A stretch of DNA of 56,417 nucleotides from Neovahlkampfia damariscottae (taxonomy: Eukaryota). This document shows positions 11,671 through 23,754 of the stretch, piece by piece. The stretch lies in contig JABLTG010000040.1 in assembly GCA_016618085.1 (NCBI GenBank), positions 62,001-118,417 on the forward strand, in the 5' to 3' direction. A program made the translations under genes and the position numbers. Position 1 is the first letter of the stretch. Each line of letters begins with the position of its first letter. The notes below the pieces were generated by a model. That model was not told the origin of the DNA, did no database searches, and saw nothing but the letters and a program-made list of their open reading frames with translations.

Positions 11671-11848
11671 AGCAACTTTTTGTGAAATAAATCACTTGTT
11701 GTGAGTAACAGCATCTGTTGTTTAAAAACATCACTTGTTGCCTAATTACATACTTGTTGTGAATAAAACACTCCTTGTTGTCCAACAAGTGATATTAAAT
11801 TTGAAAGCACGACTTGTTTATCTAAAACACCACACTTCAAGTTGAAAA
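11671..11848. repeat. Degenerate ~20-bp-period array with core (AT)CACTTGTTG, including one inverted copy
   Basis: Units ATCACTTGTTGTGAGTAAC, AGCATCTGTTGTTTAAAAAC, ATCACTTGTTGCCTAATTAC, ATACTTGTTGTGAATAAAAC, ACTCCTTGTTGTC, inverted CAACAAGTGAT, ACGACTTGTTTATCTAAAAC. Confidence 0.7.
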
Positions 11849-12326
11849 CTGAAGTTTATTATAATAACATGATGAATTGTCCAAGAGTCTTAATCATTAA
11901 TTAATTGCTAAAACGAAAAACTAAAAAAAATATTTCCATGATTAATCATAATTAATCAGAATCAAATGAAAATGATTAATTACTCAAACGAAAAAACCTC
12001 TATTGCATCAAGACCTGAATTACGTGTTGTAAATGTTAAAGGAGAAGAATTAGATGCAATTGATGGATATGAAAAATTATTCTTTTTCATTGACTTATTC
12101 TCACTGTTGCTTAAAATAAGATCATCAATGAAAAAGAATAATTTTTATAGCCATAGTTCGTTTTTGCTCTTCTGAATTGTGAAGATCTCTTGAAGAAAAA
12201 GTTTAATTGAAACCATAAAATCCACAATTTTGGAGAAAAAAAAACTAGCGAGAATTTATCTCCAAATTTGGTGAAAAAAAATTATAAACATTGGGTGTTG
12301 AGTTTTTCCACAACAAAGCCAAACTC

Positions 12327-13332
12327 ATGTCAAAAAGAACAAGATCAGAAGAATATAAAACAAACTCAGAATTCCTCAAAACCCTCATTGAAACTACTGC
12401 CCATGATGTACACCACTTAAAAGGTAACTTTATCTACGTCGCTGCTCGTGACGAAAACATCGTGAGCGTTTGGAACGGTATGATTAAGCACAATTTGTTA
12501 GCTGTACCTGTAGTCTGTAAAAAGAAAGGCAAATTCTACGGATTTTTAGATTTAATGGACATTGTTCAATACTTTGTCAAAGTTTTTGGAGAAACTGAAT
12601 TGCAAGAAGCAAAAGATTTTCAAAAATTGATTGATGCAGAAGCTAAATTCCAAAAGGTTGTTGTCAGTGACTTAATGGGTAAGACTCAAATGAATTCTAA
12701 ATTTTTTCGCAAAAGTTTATCCAATCTCAAGAAGAAATCCGTTTGAACCAATTTCAGAGAACTTTTCAATGTATTTTGCATGTGAATTATTAGCAAAAAA
12801 AGATAATTTACACAGAATTCCAGTAGTCAATGATCAAAATCAACTTGTCAGTGTTTTCTCACAAAGTTTCATGTTGAAACATATCACACAATCAGAATCA
12901 AAAATTGGATCAAAATTAAACAAACCAATTTCAGATTGTCCACATTTTTTTAAAAAAGTTGTTGAAGTTCAAGAATATACACTAACTATCAACGCTTTCA
13001 ATGAAATGGTTGTAAAAAATATCACTGGAGTTGCAGTTGTAAATTCAAAAAATCAAATTGTTGGAACTTTATCTTTAAGAGATTTGAAAGTTATTGCAGG
13101 AGAAAAACAAATGTTTCCAATTTTATTCAAAACAGTCAAAGATTTCATGAAAGAATTAGATAAAAAACGTCCAAGAAAAACTGTAACTGTCAAAAAAGAA
13201 GATACTCTCAAAGTTGTCATTGCAAATTTAAAATCAATGAATGTTCATAGAATTTTTGTTGTTGATAATGATTCAGTTCCAATTGGTGTCATTGGATTAA
13301 AAGATATTCTCTACGAAATTATTCATGATTAA
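12327..13332 (+). CDS. Four-CBS-domain protein (SDS23/AMPK-gamma-like)
   Basis: LLAVPVV, GFLDLMDI, LHRIPVV, GTLSLRDLK, VHRIFVVD; intron 12679-12715. Confidence 0.9.
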
Positions 13333-13378
13333 AATTCATTTCTTTTTATTTTGAAAGAATCTATCATTTGATTGGCGG

Positions 13379-15679
13379 ATGAAACAAACAACTTTTCTCA
13401 ATCCTGGTTTCAAATGGTTTCAACATGTCATTTTTAATGAACCATTGGATAAAAATGAAGATTTAATTCAAAATTGGAATATAAATTTCGCAAAATTTTA
13501 TCATCAAATAGTGAATCCAAAATATTTGATAAAACGTTATATAAACTCAATTGAACTGTTTTATGGATTTCCAAATGAAAAAAGAATAATCTCAGATTTG
13601 AATATTTTATTTTTTCCTGTTAATGTTCTTGAAGATGAAAGAAATATCAAAGAATGGAAATTTGAAAATTTTTGTTTTCCATTAACTTCATCAGACGAAG
13701 TTATAAAGAATTTTTTAAATTTGAAAAAAGTGTTTAATTATCAGAATATGTTATCAGATGAACTATTTAAGATAATTTCAAATTTTGAATCCAAAAATGT
13801 GAAATTTAAAAAAACAAAAAAACAACAACAGTCTATACCATTTATAAAAAGAATTAAATTTGAAAAAATCGAAGAAAAATATGACGTTATATTTTCAAGA
13901 GATGATAATTTAATTCCTTTGGATCAATTATGTTCAGAATTATCTCAAAAAATTGGATTAACAGAACGGGAATGGATAAATATTTTTTCACAAGACGAAA
14001 AAAAAATTAAGAAAGAGTATGAAGAAAAGAACCAATTTATTAAAGATAATTTAAAATCAAACTCTGTATGGATTGATTACATGAGAGTATTGATTCAATA
14101 TCTTGATTGTCAAAAAATGATTGATGAATCAACAGAGGAATCTTTGGAAATATTGAATTATTTTAGATCAAAATTAATTAAAATGAATCATTATGAAGTT
14201 GATACGGATTTTTTCGAGCTATTATCTGAAGAAGAAATTCTATTAATATCAAAATCGATTCATTGTCTGAATATGTGTTTGGAGAAAGAAGGAGGAATTT
14301 TTTATCATTTTGGAAGGTGTTTAATTCAAGATTTAAAGTTAAACCAAATATTAACAACAAAAAATAAGAAAATTCTTAAATACAACTTGCAGTAAATCAT
14401 TTCTTTTGATTGTAAAATTTTTTAGAAAAATTAGTGATGAAACAATTCAATACAGTTGGTCATCCATCTATCAAATAATGTTTTATTCATCAAAGATGAT
14501 TGAATGTAACTCCAATTATCATATTAATACTTCAAAAATTCAACGTCCCAATATTTTTCATTTGTAAGATTTTCACAATATTAATCTTTAGATTTCATCC
14601 TCTAAAAGAATTAAAAATGTTATTCGAAGGACAGGAATATTTCAATGTCCAATTTTCGAATCCACTGATCTCAGAAATTCCAATACTATTTTGGTTGAGA
14701 AATAATTTCATCAAATTTGACTGCATTCCATCGATTGAAGATTATTTGATTCAAAAAAAATTTAAATTTATTTTTTTGAATAGAAATGTAAAATATAAGG
14801 TATTTAGATTATTGAATTTAATATCAACTTCAGAAATCTTTGTTATTCAAATTTGAATTCTTGATGCCAGATGAACAAATTTATTTTCCCAGTTCAACAT
14901 GTTCACATTTTGAAAATAACACTTATTTTCCACCACAAAGTTCAAAAGTAAATTTAGATTATGATAAATATCGAAATATATCTTCAAATGAAACTTATAT
15001 TTATGATTCAAATGATAATTCAATTGATTCGTTCAAAGAGATTTCGGTGATACAAAAATCAAAATTTGAATTCAAAATATTCGATTTATCATTTGAAATG
15101 ACCATATTGAATGAATTATTAAGTTTATTATTTGAAAGAAAAAATGGAAAATTCAAAAAATCATCAAGAGAAAGAGATTATTTGTTAGATTATATTTTGG
15201 AAAGATTTAACTATTCTCAAATCGAAAAATTGATTGATGACAATATTGAATTGGAAAATTGGAAAAAAATATCCCAAGTTCATCATTATTCAAGATATAT
15301 CTTCAAAAATATTCCAGAGTTTATTGGAACATTCTCCAACGATAATATTTTTAAACCAACATTGAAAGAAGAAGAAATGAGCGAAATGGATTTACAAAAT
15401 TTCAAATTAATACTTCTTAAATGTGAGAAAATGATGAATGTTTCTCCTAAAAAAGAAATATATTTTCTCTGTCGAATTTTTTTACACAAAATTGAAAAAT
15501 ATGAAAAAAAAAAGAAACCACTTCAAATATTCAAGAAATGCTTTCAGTCACTAGGAATTGAATTTAATGAAAAAAATTTCATAGAGATTCATGAATTATT
15601 GTTCAAATATTTGTTTGAACAATACATTTTCAAAGAAGGAGTTTTAGATGGAAAATTTCTTCAAATGACTGAACTTTGA
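13379..15679 (+). CDS. Hypothetical multi-exon protein
   Basis: Long same-strand ORFs joined by short intron-like gaps; ATTGG at 13371; no recognised domain; 3' end uncertain. Confidence 0.55.
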
Positions 15680-15814
15680 TTTTTCATTTCCAGATGTGCG
15701 GAGATGGAATAGTCAATTGATGAATGAAATTAATCATGAAAGAGTTGAGTTAATGATTTGAAGAAGAATGACAATCACTTTAAAAAAAAATATTTTCCAA
15801 TGAATTTGAAAATT

Positions 15815-17629
15815 TTAATATTCAAAAGAAACACCTCCAAATTTTTCTGATAATTCTGTATCATTTTCGGTATCTGTTGCACTTGAAAAACCATCTTCAT
15901 AAGAACATGAAGAATAAGTTTCAATGAATGACATTTCACTCCTAAAACTGACACCACTCATTGGACTTCTTCCTCTACTTCCAATACTTTTACTAAATTT
16001 ATCTTTTGTTGCTAAATGACTACTCCAATTTTGAAATAAAGGTTGTATAAATTTAACTGATTTTGGTAATGTATAAGGATCAAATGGATAAAAATCATCA
16101 ATTAAATCTTTTGATATTTGCATTTTAATCTTTGGTGGTGGTTTTATTGCATTCTTAAAAATAATTTTATATTTTTTTTGAAATTCGATTGAAATTTCTT
16201 TTGAAACAATCTTAGAATGTTAGAAGATGAAAATAAACATACTCTTAATGGATTCAATTGAGAATTACAAACATAAATTAAATCTTCTAAATTCATTTTT
16301 TCATCCATTTTAAAACAAAGAGCATATAATACAGAATTGAAAACTGAATAAAAATGAGGATGATTTTTATATTCAAAATTTCTTGTTTTTTCAATTTCCA
16401 AAACGTATAATTTCATCCATTTTGATAATTTTTCAAAAACTAATTGTGATTTCTTTTGTTTAACAAAATTACTTCTTGCTAAAAAACCACCTAAAAAATT
16501 TGAAGCATTCTTTCTAATTTGAATATGAACATTTGAATCTAATGTTTTATCAATCAAAAAATCTAAAAATTGTTTTGTATATTCAGTCTTTTTTGAACAT
16601 AAAAAAAACCAAATAAATTGTATAATAGTTGGATTGTATGACATTAATACTTGTTTTACAAAAATAGTCATCAAATTCTTAAATATATTTTCATCAGCAT
16701 TTTTATCAATAAATTCAAATATAATCATCATTGTTGTATCTAATTTATCTTTATTATCATTTTGTTGTTGATTTCCACCATTTCCAAGTTCTAATTCAAA
16801 AAGAGCATCATCTTCATCTTCTTCTTCTTCTTGATCAAAACCATCTTTCAAATGTACCTAAACGATAAGGAAATTAGTCTTCTTTCATTCATTGATCTTA
16901 CATCAATATTCATAATTTGTGAAATTATAAAACTCAAGACTTGATTCCTTATCGTAGTACAATATTCTGACAGATATAAAAGATTGGTTATATATTGACA
17001 GTATTCATGTGTTCTTTCATTGATTGGAAATAACCTTTTCACTACATCAAATAAAATTAATGAACATTGTGATATTTTGTTGTTCAAATATTTTAAAAGA
17101 TTGTGAACATTGTTAAATTTAATCTTTGAAAGTTCATCTTTACCGCTCTTGTCAATCATATTTGATGCAAGAACTTGAAGAAATGGAGTTAGGTACGATG
17201 GACATCTTGATAAAATAGATAAAACTAATTTTATATATACATCCATTAAAGAACCTTCTTTTGGTTCAATGTACCACAAATCAACTTTTGGGCTAAAGAT
17301 GACTTGTAATAACTCTTTTGTCTCCTCATTGATGAGATAAACGATGGAAGTTAAAACAATATAAACGTCAGATATCTGTGAAGTATTAAGAGCATTGATA
17401 TTGCTCACTAATTTATTATAATTTGTTGGATTTCCCTATTTTGTTTTTTAAAAAAAAAAGTTTTTTTTTTTACGTTTTTTTTTTCTTCAATTGCTTGAAT
17501 AATCTTTTCTGTCAAGATTTTGAGTTTACCTTCTTGACTTTGTTGTATCGTTGTAGTCTTTGGTGTGGTTGATGTTGTAGTACCACTAACTTGATTTCTG
17601 TACTTTCTTCTTGGTTGCATAGTGGACAT
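15815..17629 (-). CDS. RRN3: RNA polymerase I initiation factor RRN3/TIF-IA (multi-exon)
   Basis: RKNASNFLGGFLARS, FYSVFNSVLYALCFK, SQLNPLRVC and FYPFDPYTLPKS motifs. Confidence 0.9.
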
Positions 17630-17824
17630 AAGTACAAAAAAAAATGGAAGGAATAGATGAACGTGATTGGTTGAATATAATGGTCCAATCATTCTCTTTC
17701 AATTTCCGATTGTACTTTTTTTTATTTTTATTTCTTATTCATTTCAAAAAAGATTAAGAGAAAAAAGAAGCAAAATCTGATTTGTTTAAAACAACCAATC
17801 ATTCTCGTAGCGCCAAAATACTTG

Positions 17825-19024
17825 ATGTCTGTTGGAAAATCCGAACTGAAGCACTACTACGGTAAACCAAACAACTTATTAAACCATAGAATCATATTTT
17901 CCATTTGATTCATTTTATAAATGGGTTTGTGGAAACAATCCCACAGAATTTCATAAAAGAGAATTTTCCTTCACCATTGATGATATATACCTCCGTTATA
18001 AATCATATAAAACAGTTGAAGATTTTAAAAAATCAGTCACAAGCAAAATTCCAAATAAAATTGATATCGGTCCAGTATACACTGTTTCAGTAACACTCCA
18101 AAAAATTTAATATTTTCAATACAAGCCTTCAGAACAACATACAATACCAGTTTCTAAATTCAAACCAGAGTCAAAAGAATACGTTATTGATATTGATATT
18201 TCTGATTATGATAATGTTCGATTTTGTGGTTGCTCAGAAGCAAAAGTTTGTCCAAAATGTTGGAACTTAATGACTTGTGGATCCAAAATATTAGATGAGT
18301 TACTTGAAAATGTATTTGGTTGTGAAAATAGATTGTGGTAAGGAAAAAACTGGAAAATTAATATTTCTTCTTTTTTAGGGTATTTTCAGGTAGAAGAGGT
18401 ATTCATTGTTGGGTATCTGATTCTGATATAAAAACATTAAAAAACAATGAAAGAGCATCTATGTCTGATTTCTTACATATCTATGGAGAAAAAAAAGGAT
18501 TTAAAATATCCAAGAGCGCAATAACACATCCTTCCTTTGATATTGATAGTAACATTTTCAAAATTGCAGAAAAGTACTTTCTTAAAATTTATTGTAAAGA
18601 TATGATTCAATTATTAGATGATCCAAATCATTATTCTAAATTTTATAATTTAATTAATAATCAAAAAATTAAAGAAGATGTAATGGATCAACTTCCAACA
18701 TTTAAAGGAAATTTTATTGAAAAATGGAATTCAATTAAAGATATATTTTCAAAACATAAATCAAAATCAAATCTCGTTGAAATTGTTTATACATTCGTTT
18801 ATCCGAGATTAGATTTAGCAGTTTCAAAAACATTGAATCATTTACTTAAAAGTCCATTTTGTGTTCATCCTTCAACTGGAAATATTTGTGTACCATTTAA
18901 TATTAAAGAAGGATTTGATATTTCAAAAACACCAAATGTTGATTCTTTATTAAAAGATTCAAAATCATTAGATTCTTATTTAAAGTATTTTGATTCATAT
19001 GTTATCCAATTAAACAAAAAATAA
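17825..19024 (+). CDS. PRIM1: DNA primase small (catalytic) subunit, 3 introns
   Basis: KREFSFT, KIDIGPVY, EYVIDIDISDYD, C-C-CPKCW zinc site, FSGRRGIHCW, YPRLD..VS..LNHLLKSPFCVHPSTG. Confidence 0.96.
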
Positions 19025-19030
19025 ATAATT

Positions 19031-20170
19031 TTATTGTTTAATTGATTTACCTGATTTAATATCTAATAATTCATGAACACAAAGTGCAATTAAATTTTCA
19101 TTTAAAACAGCTATATTTGTACATTCTAATTCTTTCTTTTCCCAAATTAAATTTCCATTGGTTACTAGAAAACATTTCAAAATATTATTCGTTGTAATAC
19201 AAAAAATGAAATTATTTAAAGGTGAAAATATTAATTTTTTTGATGTTCCATTTTCTATTTTTTTATTCAAAATTAAATCAATATTTAAATTATAAATGGT
19301 AATATAACTTAAATGAATTGATCCACATGCTGGACATTCATTTGGATCTCTATAATTTTGTAATAAAATAATATTTGAATTTAAAACTGATAATTGTTTA
19401 ACAGAGAATGAATCAATTGGAATTCTTTTAATTTTTAATTTTTTTAAAGTATTTAAATTATAAACTCCAATGATTGATCCAAATATTATAATTAAATGTG
19501 GATAGGTAGTTTGATTTGAATAATTTACAGAAATAAAACAATTAAAAACACCATAAAAAAAATCATCATGAGTATATTGCCTATTGAAAGGTGGATGTAC
19601 AAATCCAAAATTTTCCATTTGAATCCATTTTAAATTGTTTTTCAATAAAATACAAAATAAACCAGAATAACATCCTTCATCTGTTGTAAAAGGTGTAAAT
19701 CTTTCTCCAATTTTCTCTTTATAAATACAAATAACGTATAAACGATCACCAATAATTTTGTATTGCATAAAATTTTGAATTAAAATTTTTTTGTTGTTTT
19801 TGAAGAATGTTATGCGATGACAGTATGTTTCAATCGTATCACAATGCAATATTATATTCTCATTTTCGTATATTACATTTTCAAGTTCGAATTGTGGTGT
19901 GTTGTGTTGTAAAAAAATATTTTGATCATGTATCTCTTGGTTATAAATACTTGGTATTATTGTTTTGTAATTAAATTCTGAATGTCGAAATCTATCAAAA
20001 AGACTTGATGTAATTTTTGAATTCCAACTTTTTGAAACTCTTTCGAATCTTTTAATATCAGAATAAGGCAAAAAACATGAAATATTGAATAATATATAAG
20101 TTGGTATTTCATTACTTGTCTTAGATTTCTTTTTGATGACAGAATTTTCAATTGAACTGCTTCGTTTCAT
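19031..20170 (-). CDS. F-box protein with beta-rich C-terminal domain
   Basis: IPTYILFNISCFLPYSDIKRFERVSKSW F-box. Confidence 0.75.
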   Translation of the reverse strand: MKRSSSIENSVIKKKSKTSNEIPTYILFNISCFLPYSDIKRFERVSKSWNSKITSSLFDRFRHSEFNYKTIIPSIYNQEIHDQNIFLQHNTPQFELENVIYENENIILHCDTIETYCHRITFFKNNKKILIQNFMQYKIIGDRLYVICIYKEKIGERFTPFTTDEGCYSGLFCILLKNNLKWIQMENFGFVHPPFNRQYTHDDFFYGVFNCFISVNYSNQTTYPHLIIIFGSIIGVYNLNTLKKLKIKRIPIDSFSVKQLSVLNSNIILLQNYRDPNECPACGSIHLSYITIYNLNIDLILNKKIENGTSKKLIFSPLNNFIFCITTNNILKCFLVTNGNLIWEKKELECTNIAVLNENLIALCVHELLDIKSGKSIKQ

Positions 20171-20323
20171 CTCATAAACTTTCTATTCTCTGATTGGATG
20201 TTTTCAGACTGAGTTTTTTGTTCATGATGAAATTTCTAAATTTGTTGATTTAAATGAAATAATTCTCCACATTTTTGATCAATAAAAGAATCAATCTCAT
20301 TGGTAGAATTTATCTAAAAATAA

Positions 20324-21157
20324 ATGGTAAGAAGGTGTGATAACTGTGACACTGAGGAAACTAAATGTTGGAGAAATATTAACAAATCATGGTATTGTAA
20401 TCCATGTGGTTTATATTTTAAGAGAAAACAAAAACACAAAGAAAAAAATGGTGATAAAAAAATTACTGAACATGAATTTGATTCTTTCGAATGCAAAGAA
20501 TGTAACAAAGTTTATTCTCAAATTTGTTCTTTAAGAAAACATTGTAAAGATACACACTTAGGTAAAGGTGCTGAAAAATATTCAAATGTCGTTTCAAAAA
20601 CACACTCTGTAACTTTAGATTTTCAATGTCCAAATTGTGAGGTATGTTGTAAATCACATTTTGGTTTAAAAAGACATCTAACAAAAAATCATGAACAAGA
20701 TGAAAATATGACAATATTTTATCAATTACCCTTAGTTTGTTTAAAAGAAAATTCTGATTTATTTCAAAATGAAAATTATGAAGAAATATTGGTGAGTTTA
20801 ATAAAAGAAAGAATAAAAGAAATTAAATTTAATCAAAAATTAAAATTAAATACGAAATGGAGTTTAAATGAAATCAACAAAATGTATAGTTTATTAAAAA
20901 TTAAAGAAAAAAATGAATACGAAGAAATTATGAAAAATTTCAAACTTAAAAGTTTAAATGAGGTATTACAATTTTCATTTTCGATTTTTGACAAAATGTT
21001 AAATTTATTAAAATTAAAAAAGAAAAGAAAAAATGAATTTATGGATGAAATGTCTTCAAAACAATCTTTTTTGGATGAATTGGATAAATTATTTAATGAT
21101 GAATTAATTTCAATTGAATCATTTGACTTTAATACTTTTGAAGAGGTAAGATTTTGA
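20324..21157 (+). CDS. Transcription factor: GATA finger + two C2H2 fingers + Myb/SANT-like repeat
   Basis: CDNC...T.CWR...CNPCGLY; FECKEC..H..TH; FQCPNC..H...H; KWSLNE...KSLNEVLQF. Confidence 0.8.
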   Translation: MVRRCDNCDTEETKCWRNINKSWYCNPCGLYFKRKQKHKEKNGDKKITEHEFDSFECKECNKVYSQICSLRKHCKDTHLGKGAEKYSNVVSKTHSVTLDFQCPNCEVCCKSHFGLKRHLTKNHEQDENMTIFYQLPLVCLKENSDLFQNENYEEILVSLIKERIKEIKFNQKLKLNTKWSLNEINKMYSLLKIKEKNEYEEIMKNFKLKSLNEVLQFSFSIFDKMLNLLKLKKKRKNEFMDEMSSKQSFLDELDKLFNDELISIESFDFNTFEEVRF

Positions 21158-21359
21158 GGAAGTGGTTTGCTTTATTTTTATTTAATTTTTTTGCTAGGGA
21201 TTTATTAAAATTAAGACAAATAAAAATTTCCTTTTTCCCTTGCAAGAAACAAATAATTTTTATTTTTATTTTTTTTTTTGTTGCTGTTTTCAGTGGGAAT
21301 TTGGACCAATAAAAGTCAATCATCAATGAAACAGGCCAATAAAAAAGAATCACTCAAAA

Positions 21360-21899
21360 ATGAAGAGCTTGATTGTCGGACTATTATTCTGCTTTTGTTT
21401 AATTAATGCTGTTCCTCAAACTTGTATTGATGGAGGTGTACTTTCTATTGAAGGTGAAGAATATGCTCAACCAGGTTCCAGCACACCAGCAACTGAATGC
21501 GATGAAAAATATTCATGTTTACTTACCTGCCCAGAATGCCCAAAAGTATCAATTCCATTTTTAGTGAAAACCTCATCAACATGGATGGGAAAAGCACCAT
21601 TGAAATGGGCAATGTGTAAAGCCCAACAATCTCCTTGCACTTGTGAAAAATTCTATGTGAACTATCTTGGTTATTCAGTTGCTCAAGTACAATCAATTCT
21701 TGGATCAATTTGCCAAAAACATTGTGGAAACAGAGGACCATCAGTTCCTTCAAATTCAGGTATCAAGTTTGGAATTCATTCAAAAGTATCACACTCATTC
21801 TCAAGAACTTCTAGAAGAACTCTTGAAGAAAAAGCTCAAGAACTTGAAAATGAAGCAACATCGCTTGAAGAAGAAGCTGCTGAATTAGAAGGATATTAA
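21360..21899 (+). CDS. Small secreted cysteine-rich protein with acidic C-terminal helix
   Basis: Signal peptide; 10 Cys in the mature region; basic RR site before the acidic tail. Confidence 0.75.
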   Translation: MKSLIVGLLFCFCLINAVPQTCIDGGVLSIEGEEYAQPGSSTPATECDEKYSCLLTCPECPKVSIPFLVKTSSTWMGKAPLKWAMCKAQQSPCTCEKFYVNYLGYSVAQVQSILGSICQKHCGNRGPSVPSNSGIKFGIHSKVSHSFSRTSRRTLEEKAQELENEATSLEEEAAELEGY

Positions 21900-22232
21900 A
21901 ACACTTTTATATTTTTTTCGCTTTTGTTTTTGTTCCATGTAATTTTTACAGGTGACATTGAACAGTTGAATACCCACAAAGAAAACCATTGAATCAAAAG
22001 CTATGTCAACCTTTGATTAAAGCTATTCATTCACAACAGAAAATTGTTGAATCAAAAAAATATCAGGATAAAAGGGTGAATTTTTGTCTACATCATGTTT
22101 CGGAGGAGATACGTCTTGTTTATCATCAGATCAACGAAAATTTTTATTTTTCCAAATTTCCGTCAGCAAATTGAAAAGAAAAGAAAATTATGGTACAAAA
22201 GAAAAATTTAGGAAAGTTTTTTTTGGTGTTAC

Positions 22233-22814
22233 TCAAATATAGGTTTTTTTCTTTAATTCTTCATAAATTCGATAAAATCCTTCTTGCAGACCTTCACCTG
22301 TCTTTCCAGAACATGGTTGGATGAACCAATTTTGTTGAATCTTGTTTAATTCCAATTCTTCAATAATTTGACCAACTTTCAAAGAATTATTGAGGTCTTG
22401 TTTGTTTGCCAGTACAAGTACAAATGTTTCTTTTAAACGTTTATCTCGTAATTCTGATAGAATACATTCTTTTGTTTCTTCAAATCTTTCTTTGTCATTT
22501 GAATCCACAACAAAGATAACAACATTTGCTTCTTCATAAATATGTTTAAATAGTGGCTTCACTTTCTCTCCTAAATGATTATCCCAATAGGAAATATCAA
22601 CATTGCTAATCTTTAAAGACTCAACATAGACTCTGACACTACACAAACTCGTCTGTGAAGGATTGTTTTTGTTCAATCTATTCAAGATAGTTGTTTTACC
22701 AGCACCATCTAATCCCATAAAAATCATTTTACAACTTGGAAAATAATCAAATATTTTTTCTTCATTTTCCTTTTTATCAAATTGTTCGACATTTCCTGCT
22801 AGGATATTTCCCAT
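22233..22814 (-). CDS. Divergent ARF/ARL-family GTPase
   Basis: MG start, GLDGAGKTT, VVDSND, LANKQDL; switch I and II degenerate (WDNHLGE). Confidence 0.85.
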   Translation of the reverse strand: MGNILAGNVEQFDKKENEEKIFDYFPSCKMIFMGLDGAGKTTILNRLNKNNPSQTSLCSVRVYVESLKISNVDISYWDNHLGEKVKPLFKHIYEEANVVIFVVDSNDKERFEETKECILSELRDKRLKETFVLVLANKQDLNNSLKVGQIIEELELNKIQQNWFIQPCSGKTGEGLQEGFYRIYEELKKKTYI

Positions 22815-22885
22815 TAAATTTATAATTTAACAATTTTTTTAACTTTAATGAAAATTGAAGAAACAAGTTTTTTCATCCAATCAAA

Positions 22886-23695
22886 ATGGAATTAAATAAT
22901 GAAGCTTGGGACCTGTTTTCTGATGAACTGAAAGAAGAAAAAGAGGAAGCAGTGGTTGACCCATTCAAAGAAGAGGACTATTTTCGTGATAAACAATTCA
23001 AAATGTCAAAAAGTGACACCATGCTGGATTTTAGTGATGTTTCTTTGTGTTTATCAACACATTATGATTCAATATTACGATGCGAAGTTAAATTCCAGAA
23101 GTGGAGAAACAATAAATTAATTCAAATTTTGAATTTTGATAATCAAAGTGGAATTGGTCATTATACTAAGATTTTGGTTGCATTTCTGACAAATGAAAAC
23201 TCATTGACAAGTTTATCACTTTGTAGTTGTTCTCTTCAACCAAATCATGCAGAAGATTTTGCAAAAATATTGAAAGTGAATAATACTTTGAAGAACTTGA
23301 ATTTATCATCTAACAAATTCTGCAAACAAGGAATTGAACACCTTTTTAATTCATTAAAAATAAATCAATCATTGTCAATGTTAAAAGTTGGGAATAATCA
23401 TTTGATATTAAATGATGAAACTTACATTCAAGAGTGTTTGAAAGAAAACAATGTGTTAACACATTTGGATTTGTCACACAATCTTATTTCCGATTTAGGA
23501 GTTGAAATTTTGTTGGATGCATTATTTGACAATTCTTCCCTTACTGAATTGTTGTTTAGTGTGTATCTGCAAAAACCAATGAAAGAAAAAAAGGAATTTT
23601 TGTTAGAAAGAAATAAAACAAATCATAAAATTGTGAAGCAATTTCCTTACATCTCAAAATTGCATTCACTCAAAAATATCAATTTTTCAATGTAG
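22886..23695 (+). CDS. RNI-like leucine-rich repeat protein
   Basis: 28-residue repeats NxxLxxLxLxxN (NNTLKNLNLSSN, NNVLTHLDLSHN). Confidence 0.88.
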   Translation: MELNNEAWDLFSDELKEEKEEAVVDPFKEEDYFRDKQFKMSKSDTMLDFSDVSLCLSTHYDSILRCEVKFQKWRNNKLIQILNFDNQSGIGHYTKILVAFLTNENSLTSLSLCSCSLQPNHAEDFAKILKVNNTLKNLNLSSNKFCKQGIEHLFNSLKINQSLSMLKVGNNHLILNDETYIQECLKENNVLTHLDLSHNLISDLGVEILLDALFDNSSLTELLFSVYLQKPMKEKKEFLLERNKTNHKIVKQFPYISKLHSLKNINFSM

Positions 23696-23754
23696 AATCC
23701 CAAGGAGAAGGCAGAAGAAAAATCAAGTTGTTGTAAATGCAGTTTCTGATTTAT

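Noticed and set aside
11671..11848. CRISPR-like repeat-spacer array
   Set aside because: The period is only about 20 bp, the repeats are degenerate, there are no cas genes and the context is eukaryotic.
17825..19024. Primase as part of the viral element
   Set aside because: It is a canonical intron-containing eukaryotic PRIM1, 34 kb from the element.
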